Below are positions 1-10,700 of a DNA stretch of 64,000 nucleotides, piece by piece. The position numbers and the translations under genes are program-made. Below the pieces are notes generated by a model, which was not told where the DNA came from, made no database searches, and was given only the letters and a program-made list of their open reading frames with translations. The stretch comes from Tubiluchus corallicola. Its lineage: Eukaryota > Animalia > Priapulida. The DNA is taken from assembly GCA_030141605.1 (NCBI GenBank), contig JAQGDQ010000386.1, forward strand, positions 124,001 to 188,000. Reading direction: 5' to 3'. The first letter of the stretch is position 1. Each line of letters starts with the position of its first letter.

Positions 1-733
1 TTTGTCGAGCTAGCCTAGTACCAGAGAGTCGGTTTGGGAGATACAAAATGATCAGATACCTCCTGATTGGACATTACCGACTCTTTGCTACTCCTTAGCG
101 ACTCTTTCCCACGAGTTTGCTGCATAAAAGGGCGTGATTTTGAGCACATTTCATCATTTTTCTCCTGCTAGGAGTTAAATGTACATTTTGGTGGTCGTCT
201 TTTCGCCGAATCTTTGGATTCCTGACAGCTAATGTCGTGTTGACAAAAGGTATGACAGTAGAATATACTTTAAACGTTTATTGATACAGAAATATAGGTA
301 AAACGATGTCTACATATAATGTCTTGTAAAAGCCAACTGCTAGTACAGAATATAGCAAAGCTACAGCAACCGTTCACTATTAGGTTAAACCCATTTTTAG
401 AATAGGTAACAGATAGATAGAAGCCATATATACTACAGTAATAGCGGTTTTACAGGTTATTAGTCTAATTGCAAATTAAATGTATTTTTTATGATTTTCG
501 GTCGTTCACAACGACAGCTAATAAATACTTAATTAAATTTAATTTTTAATTTTAATTAAGTTTCCGTTGCTATAGCTTTAAATTAAATGCCAGTTGGGAA
601 TAAATAAATCGTTTTTCTTGCACGCAAAATACTGTGTGGGAATTCAAAATTATACGTTTTTTAAACAGTTAGTTCCGCCACTATATACAGTCGAGCCCCC
701 CTAATTTTTTTTCGTGCACTACGCCCTTGGCCC

Positions 734-769
<36 letters not shown>

Positions 770-852
770 CAGCTGCAGTAAAAATAAAGTATTAAACTTA
801 TAAAGTTCTATTTCAAATTTATTGAATTTATTGGTTTATTGATTTTCAGAAA

Positions 853-1272
853 ATGGCTCGTACCAGGCAAACAGCACGTAAATCTACCGGAGGAAAAGCT
901 CCAAAGAAACTACTTGCCACCAAAGCCGCAAGAAAGAGCGCACCAGCTACTGGAAGCGTGAAAAAACCACATCGTCAAAAACCTGGTACAGTAGCTCTTC
1001 GTGAGATTCGGCGTTATCAGAAAGGCACAGAACTTTTGATTCGCAAGTTGCCATTTCAACGTCTTGTACGCGAAATTGCTCAGGATCTTAAAACCCATCT
1101 GTGGTTCCAGAGTTCAGCTGTCATGGCTCTTCAAGAGGCAAGTGAAGCTTACTTGGTTGCACTTTTTAAGGACGCCAACTTGTATGCCATCCACGCCAAG
1201 AGAGTTACCATCATGCCAAAGGACATCCAGCTTGCACTTGAAAAACACCATCCAGAAAAAATAATTTTATAA
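853..1272 (+). CDS. H3: Divergent orphan histone H3 (H3.2-type residues A31 and S87-A-V-M90); variant or young pseudogene
   Basis: The ORF aligns by eye to canonical H3 over residues 1-127 with about 14 substitutions. The C-terminal RRIRGERA is replaced by [11 protein letters not shown]. There is no frameshift or internal stop, and no other histone CDS is in the window. Confidence 0.8.
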   Translation: MARTRQTARKSTGGKAPKKLLATKAARKSAPATGSVKKPHRQKPGTVALREIRRYQKGTELLIRKLPFQRLVREIAQDLKTHLWFQSSAVMALQEASEAYLVALFKDANLYAIHAKRVTIMPKDIQLALEKHHPEKIIL

Positions 1273-1297
1273 TATAAATTATGTAACTATATTTATA

Positions 1298-1336
<39 letters not shown>

Positions 1337-1437
1337 TATATTTATAAATTTTATAATATAGCTCTATGTAACGTAAAACAGTTCCTGTTATCAGTAAAAT
1401 GTAGCAAAATCACAATTTCCTGTCGGATAGATATAGT

Positions 1438-1453
1438 GGCCCTGAAAAGGGCC
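1438..1453 (-). promoter_or_regulatory. Histone mRNA 3' stem-loop (SLBP-binding hairpin), antisense to the H3 ORF
   Basis: The minus strand reads aaaaaccaacc-GGCCCTTTTCAGGGCC-act. This matches the 6-bp stem/4-nt loop metazoan histone hairpin with its A/C-rich 5' flank. Confidence 0.75.
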
Positions 1454-2504
1454 GGTTGGTTTTACTGTAGATACGTTATAGCTGTTGCTTTTTTTCGCTC
1501 TGTACGAACGATCTTTGTCGTTTATACACAATTTCATACGCTCTGTTAACTTGCTGACCACCAGCCTACTAAAATGCAAGCCATCTCTAAAGTTAACTAC
1601 TAAATTGTATTTCGATGTTCCTTCTAAATTATGGTAAATTTCTTTGTTTTAGATGCCTTGGTAATGAGCAATTTTGTTCTAAACCGGTCGGCAATAAATT
1701 TACCGCTGTGCTCGCGCATGAGCTGTCGAACGTATGTAGTTCGCATGCAGAGGTACAGCACCTGTTTTTTGAGCAATACGTTTCCGACAGCTTTCAAGTA
1801 TTCTGCCTTAATTAAGTCGTTTTTTATTTGCTGTGACAAATTGCGAAACTGCAGATGCTACTCCTTCATGTATTTCGGGTTTCACTTATCTGCTGTTAGT
1901 AAAGAGGCTGTTGTTAAAGGTATTAGATTATAATAGATAATTAATTATGTTGATGAATGCTGGTATGAAGCCAGTTAAGCAGTGGTGTTACGTGAGTAAG
2001 TGATTCAGAATCGAGGTGTCGAAGCTCCGCGCAGTAGTAGTAGTAGTAGTAATAATTTTAAAAAGATCTTAATTTAAAATCTGCTTTTGGGTGAAGAATT
2101 AACAACATTAGCTCAAAGAGCTATCGCCGACTGTAAATAACTATCTACACCTACATAACAGAGATAATTATTACCCCACTTTCACCCTAAATACCACGCA
2201 CCAGACAGGGTTTGAACGCATTACGCGCACATGGAATCGTAGCTTTAGAGTCGATTTTTTGTTCTTTTTTTCACATTTTCTTTTCATGGAACTTTACGAA
2301 AATCTGACAATGGCGATTCTAAATGTCGCCTCTTTGTTTCAAACACAGGTGACACTTTGGCAGTTAAATTACTGAGTTGCTATGAGCCAAAAGCAGTTAA
2401 CCCAAGATGATCACTTTCAGCTCAATTATAAGTTTTGAATTTCTTGTAAGACAGTAAAATTAAATAACAGTCGGTCAAGTACAGATATCACGGAAATTCC
2501 AGCA

Positions 2505-4802
2505 ATGGAAGAAAAAGCTCCCGATTCAAAGCCACCATCACAGGCGGCGAGCGGAGTTTCAGAAAAGGTAAAATTTATTAAATCTTAGCGTATTAATTAC
2601 CTAATAAATTATTACAGACTACGGAAGTGTTCGTGCATTTCTGATTCACTACGTGTCTCTGCTTTGTGTGAAATTTGGTGGGTGGCAGAGCCTCTTGATT
2701 GGCTGGATATCAAGTTTGGTACACATTGAGGTAATCTTGGTACCCAGTTATTCCTAAATCTGATCACTGGGTACCAGGATGCATTGTTTCTACGGAAAAT
2801 AATAGTATGTGCAACTAGTGATCCTGACTTGGAATTTTAGTCAATATTTTTATATGTTCAACTATCTTTGAGCTTGTCTTAAATAAAGGAAAGCTTCATT
2901 AAATAGTGATTTTGATTAAACTGGTGATTAAATTATGAAAATTAGTAATTCAAGATTAAATTCTTGACGATGTGAGATTAAATCATCGTCACGGCTAGAA
3001 GCCCAGTTAGGTGTGGCATAGCACGTGATCAGCTGATGTTCGACCGGCTGCCTCAGAAGTAAAAATTGATGATGTCATCCTTGTGCGCAGAAGCTCATAC
3101 TGCATTAGGTAGCTACCCAGCACCTCGGAGAGAGGAGGACTGACTTGAAGACGGAGGAGGGCTGGCATTACTTTCCTCTTATATTTACCCTGTTGTGTTT
3201 GATATTTAACAAATGTATTTAACAAACAATATTGAAAACTTGTTAAATAAAGTTTGCCATGCCCATCGTGGGTGTCTCACACGCCACACAATAAACAACA
3301 ATAACCAGCAAGCAGCATTAATCACAAGAATAAATAGACATTAATCAACTGCATATGTTATAATGTACAAATCTTTAAGATGTACACATGAACTTTTTGT
3401 GTAAATATACCGTATGTGTTTATGCTTGCTGGGGAGGATCCAGAATTACGTTGGAAAAACTGAATGATCCAAACCCCCCCCCCCAAAAAGAACCTAAACC
3501 CTAAAATAAGTTATGTTTAAATTATTAACAAATAAACACTGTGAATCAAGTTTGCAATTTAATAATATTGCCCGTTGATTCTTACTTCTACCAGACTCCT
3601 ATTATAGTCGTACGGCCAGACACAACAGGAACTGCTGACACTATTGTACTTGTTAGTCCACCAGCTCCTACTTACATGACTCCATCCATTCTGGCCTGCT
3701 TTTGTTGCTTTTTGCCACTAGGAGCGCTAGCAGTTTACTTCGCCACTAAGGTAGGCCTTGCTTCCAGTTTTGAACTTTTACTCACGTATATTTAATGAGT
3801 GCTTAATTAATTACTGTATACAATTAATACTGTATAATTACTGTATGCTTAATTATAATTAAGATTATTATTATTGATGTTGCAACAAACAATTAATTAG
3901 TTTTTGAAATCAAACTTGAAAGACTGGAAACGCGAAAAAGTTTAAATGTGGGCTGGATTTGAACCAGGGACCTTTTACTTACATTGCAATTGCCTTAGAC
4001 CATCAGGCTATCGCATTACCCAGTAGTTAGAAATAGTAATAATTGTAATTTGAAGTAGGTTTGGTTGCAAAGCAGGTCAATTGTTGGTTTATTCCATTCA
4101 CTACAGAAAAACCATGGTGGCAGAGTTTTTTTTCCAGAAAAAACCCTCCATGTGTGGTTTCCATAAGAGCTTCTGAAAGAAACGCTTTTAGATTTAGGGC
4201 TTTACATCGCTTTTTAAACTACACCACCCCTTTTAAACCCTTTACAATGGTTTTTAACAGCGTTGTCATTCTATGGGCAATCACAGTTCCAAATATTTAA
4301 TTTGAGTGCCAAGTTACTGAAGTGATTACTTTATATATGTACTTCCGTTAAAACTGTGTACCCTTTTCAAGTGTTGATTTTAAACATAAAATTAAAATGT
4401 GTAATAAATGCGTTACAAATTGTTTGGTTTGCGTCACGACGCCTTTTTTAACTGCTAGCTTCCCCTAACTTTAGAACATGGATACGCCACTGCTTATAAT
4501 GTTAATATCAGCATTAAGAATTATTCGTGAAGAATGTGAATCTTGAGGTTAGGATTATAAATAATTTGTTAGTTCTAACTATGTTTTGAATGTTTTTAGT
4601 GATATTAAGCTTTTGATTTTTTAAGGTGAGGGAATACAACGTCACAGGCCAACCGAGAGAAGCGCAGAGGACTTCCGTTATAGTTAAGCGATTGCTAATA
4701 GCATCTGTAGCGGTACACATAATAGGATGTGTACTAACTGCGGTGATTTTTAAGTGTTTTGGGAAAAGGGAAACAAAATTCAGTGTTAATGCATTTGTAT
4801 GA
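2505..4802 (+). CDS. CD225/dispanin-family membrane protein (IFITM/PRRT/TMEM233-like), 3 exons, about 131 aa
   Basis: Exons 2505-2567, 3595-3750 and 4626-4802 are all GT-AG and phase 0. Product: ...PTYMTPSILACFCCFLPLGALAVYFATK|VREYNVTGQPREAQRTSVIVKRLLIASVAVHIIGCVLTAVIF.... It has the CCFxPLG motif, two hydrophobic segments and an intron after the first helix. AATAAA is at 4808-4813. Confidence 0.8.
2987..3290 (+). mobile_element. Possible degenerate solo LTR in dispanin intron 1
   Basis: GC-richer block of about 300 bp starting (c)gtcacgg and ending gccacaca, with an internal AATAAA. No clean TSD found. Confidence 0.35.
3895..4030 (-). mobile_element. tRNA-derived SINE-like repeat
   Basis: The minus strand has an A-box-like tagcctgatggtctaagg and a B-box ggttcaaatcc. 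A related piece lies at about 8800-8885 (+). Confidence 0.5.
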
Positions 4803-5831
4803 ATTGGAATAAAATATTTACACACAAACAAACAATGTAAACAGACAATACCGTCATAATACTTTTACCGATATAGTAAAATTTAAAACAACAAAACCGG
4901 ACCCAATCTTAAACTGTAGGTCAAAACAATCTAGTCTTTAAAATGTTTAGAGGAAACATGCATTTTTTTCGAAAATGACTTACGCGAAAGACTTATTATC
5001 ACACAAACACAATTTTGCATTCGCTCCACTAGTTCTTCGCTGTTACATGCATTCGGCCATTCGTTTGTTAACTGGGCACTAACGCCTGCATTTAAAACAA
5101 TTAATTTTCATAAATTATTATATTATTAAACAATTTATTCGTTTATTATAATACTCTCCTCACTTCTGTAAACATTAGCGCATAAGCAAATTCCCATTTT
5201 TGTAGTATCACAGCTGACTTTACCTGTAAGGCACAAGTCCTGCGTCAAGGTCTCACACATTGACAGCTTATGACCGAATAACGTGTATTAGTGTTCATGG
5301 GATGGTAGCTATTTTTACCTATGAGCTTATGGGTAAAATTAGTGTACATAATTTTAGTAACTGCAGATAGTATATATTAGATAGATACAAGAGACTGCAG
5401 CAGCAACAGTTGACAGACAGTTTTTGGATAAAGACGCGTATGATCAACCGCCTTGTACTGGTCTCTCAGGACTCCTGGTAGTTTTATATAATAATTATGT
5501 TGTTATAAATATACTGTATTGAAATATACACTATGCGATCACATCATCGATACCTGAACTCAACAACAACTAAACATGCAATCCACCCCAGGTTACATTC
5601 ATTATTACTCATCATGCCCGATTCTAGATTGTCTGGCTTCACTTAGTCCCACGATCTAAACAAGTTACCCTTCTTGGTCGAACTTACTACCCATCTCACG
5701 TGAAAATTGCTAAGTATCGTCAAATCAATGAGTGTTGTTAATTCCAAACAGTAAAACAACCTGTTTATAAAAGATACAGAACATGACAGGTTTTCATAAT
5801 AATACAATACAATCTGTAAGTTAGTCGGCAA

Positions 5832-5856
5832 GTCTATCTATCTATCTATCTATCTG

Positions 5857-5945
<89 letters not shown>
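5832..5945. repeat. (TCTA)n microsatellite
   Basis: Near-perfect TCTA run read directly. Confidence 0.95.
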
Positions 5946-6289
5946 TTAGAGAAACGCCACTGTTTCTCCCTGAATTATCGATCTGCTAAGCCACCCTACA
6001 CAGGCCATAACAGGTTAAGCAACAACATAAGCCTTTTTTCTATGCTGCATGTAAGTAATGGAGACAGCTACGATATCATCTCTGACTATAAGCAATTTTG
6101 TTGTAGTTTGAAAACTTTTCTTAATTATTTTATTAATGTCGGATTAGTAATGATATTTAACAGTCATTGAACTCTAGATTCTTCTAGACTTCTAGAGTCT
6201 AGAAGATATGGCGCTCCTCACCCTTGCCCCTGTCGCCCCCAATCTTTGCTTGCTCTGCCCTGAAGACAGGTCAAAATCTAAATGTGTTT

Positions 6290-6446
6290 AAATATATTTT
6301 ATTCACTATAATATATTTATTTATTAATATATTAATTATATAGTATTATAATATATATTATACTTTTATATAATATATATAATATATATATATTATAATA
6401 TATATATTATATAATTATTTATATAATATATTAATATATTTATTCA

Positions 6447-6495
<49 letters not shown>

Positions 6496-6518
6496 ATATA
6501 TATATTCACTATAATATA
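6290..6518. repeat. AT-rich low-complexity / (TA)n(TG)n microsatellite
   Basis: Read directly. Confidence 0.85.
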
Positions 6519-7794
6519 TCAATTTGAGGAAATGAATATATTCATTTCCTCAAATTGAGCAGCATTCTCGTGCCAGTTTTGACACGAAACAGGTTCATAG
6601 GAAACGTGATCTAATTACACATCTTTTTCACGCGACTGATGCTATACATGTCGAACACACAAATTTTAAACACAAATGCGATCTACATACATAGCGCCAA
6701 TTTTCCCTCTGCATGCCGGTCTATAATTATCAGCAAATTCTGCAATAGCGCGCATTTGCTATTATTACATCTTTTTAATTAATGATTGGTGGTTATGACA
6801 AGACTGGACGTCAGCTTATTATCAACAACTAGTCCAGAATGTGAACGTCCAGAATGGTGAACGGATTACTCCCTTATTAAGTTTTTCCAACAGCCTGCCT
6901 ACGTTTACAATATTAAACCATATATAACATTAGACCAACGATAAAACACACTCCCACACCAGTGTCAACAAAAACATTTTGCATTACGTTTATACTGCGT
7001 GACATAACAAGCGGTGATAAATTCTATGCGCGACAAATAATGCGCGACCGTTCGACATAGTATTTGCTTATTACTCCCAAAATGATGGCCAACAGATACC
7101 AAGCTTTCGTGAGCAGGCAGAGCTTTGTATTACGTGAACGAAAACGGAAACAAGACCAGCAACACGGCGAACCAGACGGCTTTATAGCCTTTATTAGAGT
7201 TACTTTGCAAGGAAGTAACTCAGATGATTAAATACTGAACAATCCAAGATCGTTTGCATAGCAAAATAAACAGTGCTGCAAACAAAACTGCCTTTGAAAC
7301 AATAGCCACCGGAGGTAAACTTGAAATTTAGTTTTTTACCTTAAAAATGCGACAAAACACCTCCACCATAGAGTTCCAACATATTATAATGAGTCGGCAT
7401 TTGTAAGGATAAGTGGAAGAACACTTTATTTAAAAATATCGTTATTTTAAAACCAACATCATGATCTAATAATTTTATGCTATTAATTTTAGTACGCATA
7501 CATATATACCGCCGTGTTTTACATAGCAGAGAATTCTTAATCGGGGCTAAATCTAAAGCAAAAATATCTGCCAGTAGCTCCAGTTTAATTCCGCAAAACG
7601 TCAACAGATAGCAGAACTGCACTATAATCTTAAAACCACGTGGGTCATATATACAGTTTCTAGTACTGTACTTCATAACAGGAGGAAGTATAAATTCCGT
7701 GTACAATGTTTACGTTTTGATCGAATACTTTGAGTGTTGTAAATGAAAGATGAAAAGACAATAGATGGAATTGTAGTTATACCTGATTGCTGTT

Positions 7795-10700
7795 ATGAAT
7801 GTAAAGAAAACTCTAGTGCAGTTTGTCAGGCGTGTTGGGCAACTCGAAGATACGTACAGGACTTCGAATGATGAGTACAAAGTAGAATTTCAGGTAGCGT
7901 CATCATGGCAGTACGTGAATTATGCAAGTTGCAAGCATTGTGTAAAATTATTTCCAATAATTATATAAACGTTTTTTCTTTAAATTCTTGAGCATTTGGT
8001 ATAATATTAATACTATAATTTTCGAGAAAAACAACTGTTTTTGCTAGTGCATTTTCACATTTTGCCTCGACATTCTGTGTAATAACTAGGATCTATACAA
8101 AATGCGTCAAGTGACAAAAACAAAGTGTAAAATGGACACAATTCATGTTGAATCTATTAATTTCAATTTAGAATGAGTCCTCTGCCAGAAAAGAGTTTTC
8201 TATAATAGTTTTGTATATAAATATAATACCTGGGAAAACTATAACAGAAACTATTTTAGACACTTTACCTGTTTGTTTTGGCACATCATAAATTGCTACA
8301 GAAGGCCCGGTTTCACACTTTGCATGTAGAAGAATCAGTGATGTTATACACATAAAATGTGACTAAGTCGACTATCATCACACAGTTATGTGATCTTCTA
8401 TATTTCAAAGAAAAATGAACAAAAAAACGTGTCTGCAATTTGCAAAACTGAATCCTAAATTAAAATATTCCACTATATTGCTGTGCCTGTGTTTATGCTT
8501 ACTACCTAATATATTCCTATAGTTATAGTGACGATCGAAAAACGCTTATAAAAGAATAATCACGCAGTAATAATTACTTCATGATATTACCAGCAAGTAC
8601 GTGTGTAGGCTAATATCCCATAGTTGTGTTGTGACAAGGTCCAGATGAGTAAGAGTAATTGCTGAAGCAGCAAACTTGTTGTTTAGGTGTGTCATGGCAT
8701 TGGCCAGTGGATGTAGTGCTGGCCAGCCTACTGTAATAATAATAGAAATTTTAGGGTGTCTATTTTGTATGACTGTCATGTAGCATCTCCCATGTCAGCC
8801 GAAGGTCCCTGGTTCAAATACAGGCTGTGTTCTAACTTTTTCACATTCGTGATTTTCTAATTTGGTTTAAAAATTCAGTTAATATTCGATTTGTACTATT
8901 CTTTTTAGATAGGAGTATTTTACTGTAGCTAATATCATTTTTTCACTTTGCTACTTGTGTTTTTTATGCACCCCTACTGCACTCATAGTTCTAATTTTTT
9001 GCATCAGACGCATTTGCCTATGAGCAGCGTAACCCAGGCAACAACCACTGAATGATATTTCACATTGCATAATGTATGCTATCATTGTTTTCTGGCAGAT
9101 AAAGATATAAATATATGGGCCATTCTCCACAGAATGTACAATTTTTGTCCCAGGGCACATTTTTTTAAATAACAAAGTTTCTGGTGCAATACTGTCTCAT
9201 GACTGGAAGACACCAAAGAGAGAAACTTGTTTCAGTTGTTTTTGTTGCCAGAAAAGTGATTCGGACATTTCTACTGGAGCTGAAATCAGTTCGTGGGAAA
9301 GTTTTTCCTATGTGCCCATCTTCAATTTTTCCATTGCGTCAGAATTGGCAGAAAGTATCAGTTTAAAAATTAATTTGCAGTATTTTATTCTAAACAGCAC
9401 ACTAGAAGTGAAAATGAATATATATTCTGATATTAAGATTATAAACTTAACCATATAATATCAACTGATTTTTATATTTTTCATACTTTAAAGCAATCAA
9501 GTTCATTTGGTAAACAAATGCTATTGCAGTTACAATAATTACGACGTTCTGTTTTGAATTGCATTTTTTATTAGAAACTTCGAGTACAGTCGCCCAGACA
9601 TCAGGCGTCATCAACAGCTTCATTGGAATGCAACATCAAGAAGAATCGCTACAAAGACATAATCCCATGCAAGTCATTTCTTGTGTTTAAATTTCTTGTT
9701 AATAAGCCTTTTCACAGTTCCAGCGACTGATGATGATCGTGAAAAGGTCAAAGGTTAAGTGAACAAGACAACACATTTGTCTACCCCTGACAATGTCCCG
9801 CAGCCCCTGCCACTGTAATAGTAGCAGTTTTAACAGCTAAGTAGAACCTTACTTAATTCATTTTTTCTTGTTCCCAAGCAAGATCCTGCTAGTAAATCAC
9901 ATTACACATAGACTAATGCATAATTAAGTAAAGTCCATGTAAAACAACTGAAGTTAATGAATTCATGTTTTGCTTTACCCACATGTCACGTGACGACTGT
10001 AGTGAAGACACGTTGCTGTGGTACACTTAAACTTTGACCTGCAGCAACTGCGCATGTGCAAACTGAAACTGTGAAAAGGCTTATTGTTCTGTATCTTCTG
10101 TATACGTCTCTTGTCTTTTTCAGTACAGCTAGCACTGTCATATGCGTGTGGTACACTGCTTGTTTTACAGTACAGGTGTAATCTATACCAAAGCTTAGAT
10201 TAAATAATAATTACCTCGGATATTTAAATTTTGTCAAACTTTCAAAGCTACTCAGTGAATCTAATAAGATTGGCAGCGGCGCCTTTTTATCACATTCGTG
10301 TGGCCGATAAATAGAAGGCGGTACCGTGATAAGCATGATCATGAACTGCTGTGTTAGTTTCATGTCATCACATGATGTAGAACCCATTTTCGTGAAATCG
10401 TGTTTAAACAGTACTGTAACACTTATGCAAATGTGCTTGATGTACAAGGGAAGACGCCTACCATTGCATAAACTGAGGTTAGTTTCTGACGTAAACAATA
10501 TCTGTGTTCGGTTGCCGTTATTTAACTTTCTAAGCTAACTATTAAAATAAGAGAAACAATTGTTAACTTTTATAGGCAAGAAAATGTATATTTTGGGCAG
10601 TAAATTAAAATGAGTCTAAACAATTTTCCGGTCTTCCGTTAATGTTTCAAATTTACAAATTTGATTCTCTTTGTGGTTGACAATGGTCACCCAACCAGTT

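Noticed and set aside
3429-4492. hAT-like ends apparently bracketing dispanin exon 2 (exon capture)
   Set aside because: The termini match poorly and there is no TSD. More likely two independent fragments.
10211-10538. Recurrent similar short ORFs (10326, 18125, 58154; 27311 and 50294)
   Set aside because: Chance frames within multicopy MITE/SINE sequence; the frames are not conserved between copies.
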